A program made the translations under genes and the position numbers. The notes below the pieces were generated by a model. That model was given only the letters and a program-made list of their open reading frames with translations, was not told the origin of the DNA and did no database searches. This document shows positions 1 through 8,230 of a DNA stretch of 32,000 nt, one piece after another; position 1 is the first letter of the stretch; each line of letters opens with the position of its first letter. Origin of the DNA: Microcystis aeruginosa NIES-2549 (GTDB lineage Bacteria > Cyanobacteriota > Cyanobacteriia > Cyanobacteriales > Microcystaceae); assembly GCF_000981785.2 (NCBI RefSeq), contig NZ_CP011304.1, positions 4,140,001 through 4,172,000 on the forward strand. The letters are read 5' to 3'.

Positions 1-1
1 T

Positions 2-322
2 AAACACCGTCTTTCTGCCGGAGAAAAACAACTATTAGCGATCGCTTTTTTGTGGGGATTAGCGCGAGTTTCCGGACGAGATTTACCCATCGCTATCGAT
101 ACACCCCTGGGACGTTTAGATTCTTCCCATCGCCATAATTTAGTTGAACGTTATTTTCCCGCTGCTTCCTCTCAAGTTATCCTCCTTTCCACCGATACAG
201 AAATTGGACAAAATGAGCTACTCTTATTAGAAGAACAGGAAGTAATCGCCCGAAAATACCTGCTAGAATACAATTCCCAGCAACGTCAAACCACTATTCA
301 CCCAGACCGTTACTTTTGGTAA
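2..322 (+). CDS. dndD: DndD (DNA phosphorothioation SMC-like ATPase), C-terminal end; the 5' part lies outside the window
   Basis: The frame is open from the window edge: KHRLSAGEKQLLAIAFLWGLARVSGRDLPIAIDTPLGRLDSSHRHNLVERYFPAASSQVILLSTDTEI. It carries an ABC signature (LSAGEKQ) and a Walker B/D-loop (IAIDTPLGRLD) in the arrangement typical of DndD, and a DndE-like gene follows. Confidence 0.8.
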   Translation, partial: KHRLSAGEKQLLAIAFLWGLARVSGRDLPIAIDTPLGRLDSSHRHNLVERYFPAASSQVILLSTDTEIGQNELLLLEEQEVIARKYLLEYNSQQRQTTIHPDRYFW

Positions 323-413
323 AATTATGACTGAGATAAATTCCCCAAAAATCCTCCCCCAATTAACTTGAGACATCGGGCCTTACTTTCGATTTTATCG
401 CTCAATCCAAGCT

Positions 414-535
414 TTTGGGGGGTTCTACCCCCCAAACCCCCCGTTGGGGGCGTGGCGCGGCCACTGAGCCTTTACATTGAGCCTGTCGAAATGTGTCGAA
501 GTGCCGCCCCCAAACCCCCCGCGCATTAGTTTTTC
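414..535. repeat. G/C-run repeat and hairpin element inside the dndD-dndE spacer
   Basis: CCCCC(C)AAACCCCCC occurs twice (428-442 and 507-520). GGGGGG 417-422 can pair with CCCCCC 428-433, and CCCCCC 437-442 with GGGGG 446-450. The short words tgagcc and gtcgaa are each duplicated. There is no ORF. Confidence 0.5.
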
Positions 536-664
536 GGTGGGATGCTTACACGCGGCTGCTGATACATCTGTAATAATTTAAGAGTTACTGATAATTGCCG
601 ATTGTCGTTATTTCTGCAAATTTGAGATGCACTCATCAGTTATCATTTATCAGTTCTCAGATGC

Positions 665-705
665 CAGTTATCAGTTCACTGTTTACTGATAACTGAAAAA
701 AAACT
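665..705. repeat. CAGTTATCAGTTCACTGTTTACTG...A-run motif upstream of dndE (related copy at 8159-8206)
   Basis: cagttatcagttcactgtttactgataactgaaaaaaaact matches cagttatcggttcactgtttactgttcactgaaaaaactt upstream of the 8231 ATPase gene. Confidence 0.6.
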
Positions 706-789
706 CCCCACTTTCCACTATCCTATTAAACAGGATTGAGAATGACTAACTATTTTATCATCAGTCAGATCGAGGTAAAATTATAAATT

Positions 790-1188
790 ATGGAATCACC
801 GATCGAACGTTTTAGACTATCCCAAACCGCCAAAGATAGCCTAATAAAATTAAAACGCTACACCAAAATTGACCAATGGAATATCCTTTGTCGTTGGGCT
901 TTTTGTCGTTCCCTTGCCGAACCGAGTCTCCCCTCTCCCGTTCCCATTCCTGCCGATAGCAATGTAGAATTATCTTGGAAAGTATTCGGGGGAGAAATGG
1001 CCGATATTTTCTTAATTGCCCTCAAACAACGTTGTCATCAAGACGGATTAGGAACCGATAAAGAAACCCTAACTCAACAATTTCGCTTACACTTACATCG
1101 CGGTATCGGTTATCTTGCTGGGGATACCAAGCTAAAAAAAATCGATAATTTAATCGAATTAGAGAGAGAAAATCTCAGAGAATCTTAA
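790..1188 (+). CDS. dndE: DndE (DNA sulfur modification protein)
   Basis: A 132 aa protein immediately downstream of dndD. The N-terminal FRLSQTAKDSLIKLKRYTKIDQWNILCRWAFCRSL matches my recollection of the DndE fold signature (RxS..a...L..LK..T.i...NiLcR.A...SL). Size and synteny both fit. Confidence 0.75.
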   Translation: MESPIERFRLSQTAKDSLIKLKRYTKIDQWNILCRWAFCRSLAEPSLPSPVPIPADSNVELSWKVFGGEMADIFLIALKQRCHQDGLGTDKETLTQQFRLHLHRGIGYLAGDTKLKKIDNLIELERENLRES

Positions 1189-1231
1189 TCAAGGAGGTTT
1201 ATCCTTAATCCTTTAATGGTTCAAACTCACC

Positions 1232-2746
1232 CTAAAAAACCTTCGGTCGGCCTAAAGTAGTGATATAGATAACCGCTTCATCGGAGGGAATGCCTAACAC
1301 TTCATTCACTTGATCATCAAAAAAACCACCGATACCACTAACCCCTAACCCCAGATGAATAGCTGCTAAATTTAATCTCTGTCCCAAATGGCCCGCATCT
1401 GCATGAAGATAACGATAAACTCGATCGCCATATTTAGCCACTGCTTTTGACAGATCCGCCGTATGAAAAACCACAGCAGCCGCATCTCGTCCCAAATCCT
1501 GACCTAAACAGAGATAATGTAACTCTTGCCGGAAATTTTTAAAGCGAATTTGCCGCAATTCTTGGGCTTTAGGAGCATAATAATAACAGCCTTCCTCTAA
1601 TCCAGTTACTGCCGAAACAGCGATAAAAGTTTCCAATAAATCCAGAGCAAAATAATCGGGATTGGGATCGAGATTTTGACTGGCATAATCTTGGGGTTGA
1701 TAGGTAAAATGCAGCAGCGCTCGCAATTCGTCTAAACTGAGACTAGCGCCACTATAAGCGCGGGTAGATCTGCGTTTAAGCATCGTACTTTCCAGATCGA
1801 TTAAATCTTCCCCCCAATTGACGGGACGGGATGTCACGGAAACTTTCAGACAAAAAGGAAAATTATATTTATCTTCCCAATTAGACGGAGTAACGGCTGC
1901 TTCTATCTTTTCGTCTGCATCTATGATAGTGGCTCGCTGTAGGGAGCTTAATAATTCTCCCTCGGCAATTTTGGGATAAACAGTCGTGGTTGCCGAAGGG
2001 AGTGCCGTGGTACTAGGGGGGAGATTTTGCCGGATATTGAGCAGATCTGCCAAAGGAATCACCGTCATGACACTTTCTTTCTCGGAATCAAGATAAAGCA
2101 ATTCATTCATCTGACTATCGTTAAAACCACCGATTAAATGAGCGCGATAGTCATTAATCGAGGCTGATAGCTCAATATTGCCCAATAAATGCCCTGTATC
2201 GAGGAAAATACGCCGATAAGCTCGATCCTCGTAGCGCCAAGCGGATCGATAAAAAATGGCACTGGTAACTAAAGCGATATCGGTATTTTCTAAAACAGGA
2301 TTCCAGAAACAAGCAGATTGTAGGTTCGTCCAGACATCACTTTCCCAGAATAAAAGCAGCGAGTGACTTTGACCTTGGTAACTGTAGAGACCGGCGGGTA
2401 AAAATTCCGTGCCACGAGAGATCAGATAGACCTCGGCGGGGTATAATCCACCAGCAGAGGGTGCGGAACGTAGGTACAAGGGACTGCCCATAGTGGCGAT
2501 TTTGGCAGTTAAACCATAGCTACAGCCCAAAATTCGCGATATACGTCGCCAAAAGTCTCCTTTTTGGGGAACTGTTTGACGGGAGAGGTAGGGTTTGAGA
2601 TCGAAAGTCTGACCGATTTTGTATTCTTTGAAGGGATAGGGTTGTTGACTCCAATCAAGACCTTTACTTTTTGAGGCGATCGTCTGGGGGTCGTATTTGG
2701 TCCGCTCGTGGTAGTATTGGGCGATCGAGATTGGCTGATCTGGCAT
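1232..2746 (-). CDS. SagB/ThcOx-type dehydrogenase (double nitroreductase-fold protein)
   Basis: A 504 aa protein with an N-terminal YYHERTKY motif and two nitroreductase-like halves (SAGGLYP...; RRSTRAY...GQRLNLAA). Confidence 0.7.
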   Translation of the reverse strand: MPDQPISIAQYYHERTKYDPQTIASKSKGLDWSQQPYPFKEYKIGQTFDLKPYLSRQTVPQKGDFWRRISRILGCSYGLTAKIATMGSPLYLRSAPSAGGLYPAEVYLISRGTEFLPAGLYSYQGQSHSLLLFWESDVWTNLQSACFWNPVLENTDIALVTSAIFYRSAWRYEDRAYRRIFLDTGHLLGNIELSASINDYRAHLIGGFNDSQMNELLYLDSEKESVMTVIPLADLLNIRQNLPPSTTALPSATTTVYPKIAEGELLSSLQRATIIDADEKIEAAVTPSNWEDKYNFPFCLKVSVTSRPVNWGEDLIDLESTMLKRRSTRAYSGASLSLDELRALLHFTYQPQDYASQNLDPNPDYFALDLLETFIAVSAVTGLEEGCYYYAPKAQELRQIRFKNFRQELHYLCLGQDLGRDAAAVVFHTADLSKAVAKYGDRVYRYLHADAGHLGQRLNLAAIHLGLGVSGIGGFFDDQVNEVLGIPSDEAVIYITTLGRPKVF

Positions 2747-2790
2747 GATAAAGATAGGCTGTCTAAGCTTTACTTTTTAGTGTAATATCG

Positions 2791-4155
2791 ATGACCCCCA
2801 AAAAATCAACCAGCCAGAGAGTCGATCGGCTAAAAGTAAAGATAATTACAAATTTCACCCACATAAAATCTATGGAAATTATCGCTGTTTTACTGGGAGT
2901 TTTCGGTTTAGGCACAGGTGCGGGTTTATTAGTCATCCGTAACTATTACCATATCTGTCAACCGAGCGAAGTTTTAATTTTTGCTGGTAGTCGTCGTCCC
3001 ACGGCCACGGGCAAAACCATCGGTTATCGTTTGGTAAAAGGGGGCAGCAGTATTCGTTTACCCATGATAGAACAAGTGTATCAGATGGACTTGACCAACA
3101 TGATCATCGATCTCAGGGTGGTTAATGCCTATTCTAAGGGCGGTGTGCCGTTAATCGTCACCGGGGTGGCGAATATTAAAATTGCCGGGGAGGAACCGAT
3201 TATTCACAATGCGATCGAGCGTTTATTGGGCAAGAAACGCAAGGAAATCGAACAATTAGCTAAAGAAACCCTCGAGGGCAATTTGCGCGGTGTCTTGGCG
3301 AATTTAACCCCAGAACAAGCGAACTCCGATCAGATTGCCTTTGCTAAAAGTCTCCTGGAAGAAGCGGAACAGGATCTAGAAAAATTGGGTTTAGTTTTGG
3401 ATAGTTTGCAGATCCAGAATATCTCCGATGAGGTGCGTTATCTCGATTCGATCGGACGGAAGCAAAAAGCCGAATTACAGAGAGATGCCCGGATAGCAGA
3501 AGCAAAAGCCCGAAAAACATCGATTATCAAGGCTTCCGAGAATCAACGTCTAACCGCTTTGCGTCGTATCCAAAAAGATTTAGAAATAGCCAAAGCTGAC
3601 GCAGAAAAACGGGTGCGCGACACTCAAACTAAGCGCGGCGCCATGATTGCCGAGGTAGAATCGGTGGTTATGTCCGATTTAGCTAAAGTACAGGCAGAAG
3701 TGGCGGTACAAAACGCCCGAATTAAGCAGGTGAAACAGCAATTACAAGCAGATGTGATCGCTCCTGCGGCGGCGGAATGTCAACAAGCGATCGCAAAAGC
3801 CCGGGGGGAAGCGGCCAAAATTATCGAACAGGGGAAAGCGCAAGCGGAAGGAACCAAAAAACTGGCGGCCTCTTGGCAAGGAGCGGGAAATAACGCTAAA
3901 AACATCTTTTTATATCAAAAATTGGAGTTATTGCTTAAATTAATGGTCGCTAGTGTGCCAGAAGTGCAGGTGCAAACGGTGACGGTAGTGGACGGGGGTG
4001 ATGGTAATCTTGTCCCGAAAATGACTGCCTTTGCTGAACAATTGCGTCAAGCTACCGGAGTGGATCTGGTACAAATGGCTAATCGCCTAGCACAAACCGA
4101 GCCATCTGTCAAGGGCAAAGACACAAATTTTGATTTTAAACAATTGCCCTCTTGA
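2791..4155 (+). CDS. Flotillin / SPFH (band 7) family membrane protein
   Basis: An N-terminal TM helix (IIAVLLGVFGLGTGAGLLVI), an SPFH core, then a long A/E/K/Q-rich flotillin-type coiled coil. An alternative start at 2872 (MEIIAVLL) is plausible. Confidence 0.8.
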   Translation: MTPKKSTSQRVDRLKVKIITNFTHIKSMEIIAVLLGVFGLGTGAGLLVIRNYYHICQPSEVLIFAGSRRPTATGKTIGYRLVKGGSSIRLPMIEQVYQMDLTNMIIDLRVVNAYSKGGVPLIVTGVANIKIAGEEPIIHNAIERLLGKKRKEIEQLAKETLEGNLRGVLANLTPEQANSDQIAFAKSLLEEAEQDLEKLGLVLDSLQIQNISDEVRYLDSIGRKQKAELQRDARIAEAKARKTSIIKASENQRLTALRRIQKDLEIAKADAEKRVRDTQTKRGAMIAEVESVVMSDLAKVQAEVAVQNARIKQVKQQLQADVIAPAAAECQQAIAKARGEAAKIIEQGKAQAEGTKKLAASWQGAGNNAKNIFLYQKLELLLKLMVASVPEVQVQTVTVVDGGDGNLVPKMTAFAEQLRQATGVDLVQMANRLAQTEPSVKGKDTNFDFKQLPS

Positions 4156-4157
4156 AT

Positions 4158-4189
4158 CAGTTATCAGTTATCAGTTATCAGTTATCAGT
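4158..4189. repeat. (CAGTTAT)n heptanucleotide array
   Basis: About 4.5 tandem units starting 3 nt after the flotillin stop codon. Confidence 0.9.
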
Positions 4190-4360
4190 AGGAGGATAGA
4201 GTATTGTACCATTTTTCTTTATTTGTGGCAGGCATCCTAATCCCCTCTACCCTTCTGGGAGAGGGGTTGGGGGTGAGGGTAATTAACTATCTCTGCCATT
4301 ACTTTAGAAAAATCGTATTAAGTGAGCAGTATTAAATGGCAGTAAAAGTCCTGTCTGTTC

Positions 4361-4395
4361 ACTGATTACTGATTACTGATTACTGATTACTGATT
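4361..4395. repeat. (ACTGATT)5 heptanucleotide array
   Basis: Five perfect units. The reverse complement (CAGTAAT phase) differs by one base from CAGTTAT, so this array and 4158-4189 form an imperfect inverted pair. Confidence 0.9.
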
Positions 4396-4436
4396 ATTGT
4401 CCACTAAAATATTAATCAAGTTTGGAGACCACCGCC

Positions 4437-4814
4437 ATGGATGACTTAATTAATGCTCCCTCCCCTTCTCCCCAAGACATAGAAATGACGCGGACTCCCC
4501 CCTGGGGAACGGTGACGGTATTGGAGGAAGGTCCGCGGTATCGCATCAATCGCATTGTCATTAAACCCGGCCATCACATGAGTACCCAAATGCACTACCA
4601 TCGCAGTGAACACTGGATTGTCGTCTCCGGTACAGCGCGGGTAATTTGTGATGAAAAAGAAACTCTCCTCAAACAAAAAGAATCTACATACGTTCCCATG
4701 AATACCCGTCATCGGTTGGAAAACCCCGGTTCGATTCCTCTGGTGATGATTGAGGTGCAAAATGGCGAATATTTAGGAGATGATGATATTCACCGTTTTG
4801 ATGATCGAGAATAG
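4437..4814 (+). CDS. Cupin-domain protein (mannose-6-phosphate isomerase type II C-terminal-like)
   Basis: PWGTVTVLEEG..YRINRIVIKPGHHMSTQMHYHRSEHWIVVSGTA...IEVQNGEYLGDDDIHRFDD is the classic ManC-type cupin. The ATG at 4437 is preferred over the TTG at 4422 used in the ORF track. Confidence 0.75.
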   Translation: MDDLINAPSPSPQDIEMTRTPPWGTVTVLEEGPRYRINRIVIKPGHHMSTQMHYHRSEHWIVVSGTARVICDEKETLLKQKESTYVPMNTRHRLENPGSIPLVMIEVQNGEYLGDDDIHRFDDRE

Positions 4815-4862
4815 AACAGTTTTCTTCCGTATATACTTTAGTTATTTGCCAAAATCTCGATC

Positions 4863-5414
4863 GTGGATGAAAAAATTATCCTAGTTACAGGGGCTGCCCG
4901 TTCTGGGAAAAGTGAATGGGCCGAATATTTAGCCAAAATCAGCCAAAAACCCGTTATTTATATCGCCACCTCCTCGGTGGATGAAAAAGATCAAGAATGG
5001 TGCGATCGCATTGAAAGACACCGGCAGCGACGTTTACCCCAATGGCAAACCCGAGAAATTCCCCGACAATTGAGCGAAACTATTGATAATAGCCCATTTA
5101 CTCACTGTTTATTGATCGATTCCCTCGGTACTTGGGTAGCCAATTGTTTAGAAATGTCGGCAGCTGAATGGTTAGAAATTAGCGATCGATTCTTGTCTTC
5201 CCTCAAAAACGCGGCCGTTGATGTTATTCTGGTAGCGGAAGAAACCGGTTGGGGTGTGGTTCCCGCTTATCCCCTCGGTCGTCTGTTTCGCGATCGTTTA
5301 GGCGATCTCTGTCGTAGAATTGGCACAATAGCAGACGCGGTTTATCTAGTTACCGGCGGCCATGCTCTTAATTTAAGTCAATTGGGTCAGTCTTTGTCGA
5401 TAATTGGGCAATAG
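4863..5414 (+). CDS. cobU: Adenosylcobinamide kinase / adenosylcobinamide-phosphate guanylyltransferase
   Basis: P-loop ILVTGAARSGKSEWAE, then IYIATS...HRQRR...WGVVP, in a 183 aa protein. GTG start. Confidence 0.85.
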   Translation: MDEKIILVTGAARSGKSEWAEYLAKISQKPVIYIATSSVDEKDQEWCDRIERHRQRRLPQWQTREIPRQLSETIDNSPFTHCLLIDSLGTWVANCLEMSAAEWLEISDRFLSSLKNAAVDVILVAEETGWGVVPAYPLGRLFRDRLGDLCRRIGTIADAVYLVTGGHALNLSQLGQSLSIIGQ

Positions 5415-5419
5415 AGAAG

Positions 5420-5600
5420 TTGACATCCTCACCGCCGTAAACGGACGGTGATTCCCAAACCTCACGATTTAGGTTTCTGCTTCTGTCCCGAAGGATTTTT
5501 CGCACCTGCCTTAACAGATTTACTCTGTTCTGGTCTTATGGTCGCTCTACAGACTGACACCGCAAGCCCTGCGGCCAAAATGTTTTTACTGGCGTTAACA
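5420..5600 (-). ncRNA. Putative omega-RNA (reRNA) scaffold of copy 1 (bounds approximate)
   Basis: In characterised TnpB elements the guide RNA spans the tnpB 3' end and the IS right end. Here the right end holds a conserved hairpin (5430-5450) that shows a compensatory change between the two copies. The bounds are not determined. Confidence 0.35.
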
Positions 5601-6649
5601 TCTCGGTCATGGTGAGTCCCACAGTCTGGACAGTCCCACTCTCGAACATTTAACGGCATTTTCTCAGCAATATACCCACAATTACTACACCTTTTAGAGC
5701 TAGAAAACCATCTATCTATTTCGATGTAATTTCTGCCGTACCAACGGCATTTATAGGCTAATTGTCGGGTGATTTCTCCCCAGCTTACATCAGATATTGC
5801 CTGAGATAACTTGGGGTTTTTGACCATATTCTTGACGGCTAAATTCTCAACTACAATCGTTTGGTTTTCACGAACTAATTGAGTGGTTAGCTTATGTAAA
5901 TGGTCTTGTCTGTTATCAGTAGTTTGGGCGTGAATCTTGGCTACTTTGATTCTCGCTTTTTCCCGATTTTTTGAGCCTTTCTGTTTTCTAGAAAGGCTTT
6001 TTTGTGCCTTTTGCAGTCTCCGATAATGCTTTTTAAAATGCTTGTGATTAGATACTTTATCGCCATTGCTGGTAATCACAAGGCTACTAATTCCTAAGTC
6101 AATTCCAATGGCTTTATCTGTTACTGGTAATGGCTTAATTGTTGGGTCATCAAATCTAATTGAGATATGCCAACGTCCAGAAGGATGTAATCTGACTGTT
6201 ACTGTGCTTGGTTCACAGCTTTCTGGGATTTGTCTTGACCATCGAATAGGTAAAGGTTCTGTGCATTTAGCTAAATAGATTTGTCTGTCTTTAAATTTAA
6301 AAGCAGATTTGGTAAATTCGGCACTTGCTCCTTGATGTTTTTTCTTAAAGTTAGGATACTTAGTACGACCAGCAAAGAAATTAGTAAAAGCTGTTTGTAA
6401 ATGTCTTAACCCTTGTTGTAAGGGTAAACAGCTTACTTCATTGAGAAAGTTTAATTCTTCTTGTTTTTTCCACTCGGTCAACATTGAAGAAGTTTCAGTA
6501 TATCCTACTCTTTCTTGTCTTTCGTACCATGCTTGTGTTCTGACATGGAGAGCTTTATTGTAAACCAATCTTACACAGCCCAAAGTGCGCCGCAATAGCG
6601 ACTCTTGTTCCGGTGTGGGGTAAAATCGAAACGAATAGGCTTTTTCCAT
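5462..6649 (-). CDS. tnpB: RNA-guided endonuclease TnpB (IS605 OrfB family)
   Basis: A 395 aa protein with MEKAYSFRFYPTPEQ at the N-terminus. RuvC motifs are IGIDLG, VVENL and DRDVNASKNI, with a zinc finger CSNCG...CPDCG. Confidence 0.9.
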   Translation of the reverse strand: MEKAYSFRFYPTPEQESLLRRTLGCVRLVYNKALHVRTQAWYERQERVGYTETSSMLTEWKKQEELNFLNEVSCLPLQQGLRHLQTAFTNFFAGRTKYPNFKKKHQGASAEFTKSAFKFKDRQIYLAKCTEPLPIRWSRQIPESCEPSTVTVRLHPSGRWHISIRFDDPTIKPLPVTDKAIGIDLGISSLVITSNGDKVSNHKHFKKHYRRLQKAQKSLSRKQKGSKNREKARIKVAKIHAQTTDNRQDHLHKLTTQLVRENQTIVVENLAVKNMVKNPKLSQAISDVSWGEITRQLAYKCRWYGRNYIEIDRWFSSSKRCSNCGYIAEKMPLNVREWDCPDCGTHHDRDVNASKNILAAGLAVSVCRATIRPEQSKSVKAGAKNPSGQKQKPKS

Positions 6650-6741
6650 ACCTCACATTTTAGCATATATTTCGTAAACGATGCTCATATTTAACAGTAA
6701 AGCCGCCGTAAAACGGCGGGGTTTCAGACCCAAAATTTTCG

Positions 6742-7280
6742 ATGAGCAACGATTATCAGCGTCAAGTGATTGATTTTTATGCCCGTCGTCACGATTACGA
6801 TAACGATTTTACGCAAGCTCGCGCCCTTAAATTAGTAAATTATCTCTATTTACAAAAAAGCCAATCTGTGCTAGACGTGGCAACGGGAACGGGATTTATA
6901 GCGGTCGCAATTGCCCCAAAAGTAAAAAGTGTCATCGGGGTTGATTTCACGCCGGAAATGATTGCCAGAGCCGAAAAAAAGCTAGAAGCATTAAATATCG
7001 AGAATATTGACCTAATTAACGCCGATATAGCTGCCATTGACTTTGCCGAGTCTAGTTTCGATCTGATTACCTGTTCTCTGGCGATTGCACTTTTCCCCGA
7101 TATCCCGCAAGTGCTGGCAAAATGGTATCAATGGTTAAAAAAAGGCGGTTCGATCGCCTATCGGCTGCCGAAATTGCGACTCTAGTGAACAATTATCGCC
7201 GAGAAATCGAGAAAAATGCCACCGATCAGGGGGTATGGCAAGATGCAACCACTTTTTTTGTCACTGCTAGTAAAAGTTAG
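6742..7280 (+). pseudogene. Class I SAM-dependent methyltransferase, disrupted by a frameshift or internal deletion
   Basis: Frame 1 gives the SAM motif VLDVATGTGFIA...LKKGGSIA, then stops at 7183-7185. A second frame, open from 7041 to 7280, encodes a plausible C-terminus AAEIATLVNNYRREIEKNATDQGVWQDATTFFVTASKS. The distance from the GG motif to the end is too short for the fold. Confidence 0.55.
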
Positions 7281-7289
7281 AAAAAGATC

Positions 7290-7880
7290 ATGAGTCAAGT
7301 TAAAACCATCTCCGGACGAGCTTTACCCTTGCGAGGCAACGATATTGACACCGATCGCATTATTCCGGCTCGTTTTTTGCGTTGTATCACCTTTGAAGGT
7401 TTAGGCGAACAAGTGTTCGCCGATGATCGAGCCGCTTTACAGGGGAGTCATCCTTTCGATCTACCCCAGTACCAAGGGGCGAAAATTTTGGTAGTCAATG
7501 GTAATTTTGGTTGTGGTTCTTCTCGGGAACACGCACCGCAAGCGATTTTACGTTGGGGAATTCAAGCAATTATCGGGGAAAGTTTCGCCGAAATATTTTT
7601 TGGCAATTGTATCGCTAATGGGGTTCCCTGTGTCACTGCCGAGGCTAAAACCATCACCCATTTACAGGATTTAATTACAGCTAATCCCGAAATTCCCGTC
7701 GATCTTTCTTTGACAACCATGACAGTGGAATGGGGGGATTTTGTCGCTACCGTGTCTATGAATGAAGGTTCCCGACAGATGTTAATAGAAGGGGGTTGGG
7801 ATACCTGCGGACAGCTTTTACAAAATCTCGATCTGATTCAATCTACCGCCCAAAAGTTACCCTATTTAAGTTTCGTCTAG
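7290..7880 (+). CDS. leuD: 3-isopropylmalate dehydratase small subunit
   Basis: [22 protein letters not shown]...[13 protein letters not shown]...FAEIFFGNC are canonical LeuD/aconitase swivel-domain motifs. Confidence 0.9.
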   Translation: MSQVKTISGRALPLRGNDIDTDRIIPARFLRCITFEGLGEQVFADDRAALQGSHPFDLPQYQGAKILVVNGNFGCGSSREHAPQAILRWGIQAIIGESFAEIFFGNCIANGVPCVTAEAKTITHLQDLITANPEIPVDLSLTTMTVEWGDFVATVSMNEGSRQMLIEGGWDTCGQLLQNLDLIQSTAQKLPYLSFV

Positions 7881-7981
7881 GGAAACAATCTAGGCTGAGG
7901 GTGCGTTAGTAATAGATTAACGTACCCCGGCAAGGATTTTGTTTGCAATGCAGCGGCTGTAAATATTGAAAAATCTGCCCT

Positions 7982-8158
7982 ATGACTCATCCTGATAATA
8001 ATCTCCAAAATATCCAAGAACCGATTTTAAACGCTCCCGAAGATGTGCGAAAAATCATTGATCGAGTTTTAAAATTGGAAAGAGATAAGTTATACCAGCG
8101 CAATCCTCGCAATATCAATGATGATGTTTTAACGATTATTAAAGAAGTCATTCAATAA
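7982..8158 (+). CDS. Hypothetical 58 aa protein (not in the supplied ORF track)
   Basis: ATG 7982 to TAA 8156-8158: MTHPDNNLQNIQEPILNAPEDVRKIIDRVLKLERDKLYQRNPRNINDDVLTIIKEVIQ. Same strand as the ATPase gene and 72 nt upstream of it. The charged, helical-looking composition suggests a real small protein rather than a random ORF, but this is unverified. Confidence 0.45.
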   Translation: MTHPDNNLQNIQEPILNAPEDVRKIIDRVLKLERDKLYQRNPRNINDDVLTIIKEVIQ

Positions 8159-8206
8159 TCAGTTATCAGTTATCGGTTCACTGTTTACTGTTCACTGAAA
8201 AAACTT
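8159..8206. repeat. CAGTTAT/GTTCACTG motif block upstream of the ATPase gene (related to 665-705)
   Basis: tcagttatcagttatcggttcactgtttactgttcactgaaaaaactt. Confidence 0.6.
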
Positions 8207-8230
8207 ACCCATCATCCCCTCTATATAAAT

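Larger units (their letters stand above)
5420..6746 (-). mobile_element. IS200/IS605-family element, TnpB-only (IS1341-like), copy 1
   Basis: The limits are where identity with the inverted copy 2 stops. The right end ...gaggatgtcaa is at 5420. The left-end shared sequence runs to 6746 at most. A subterminal LE hairpin ccgccg/cggcgg lies at 6703-6719 and an RE hairpin at 5430-5450. No tnpA is present. Confidence 0.85.

Noticed and set aside
1232-2746. SagB-type dehydrogenase as a marker of a thiazole/oxazole RiPP (TOMM) cluster
   Set aside because: No cyclodehydratase (YcaO/SagC-like), precursor peptide or transporter is adjacent. The neighbours are dndE and flotillin. Stand-alone double-nitroreductase SagB-like proteins are common in cyanobacteria.
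4446-4760. 104-aa ORF antisense to the cupin gene
   Set aside because: It is fully embedded opposite a motif-rich cupin ORF and has no recognisable features.
6066-6278. 70-aa ORF antisense to tnpB (identical twin at 17158-17370)
   Set aside because: It lies wholly inside the well-supported tnpB frame on the opposite strand. Its conservation is explained by the identical DNA of the two IS copies.
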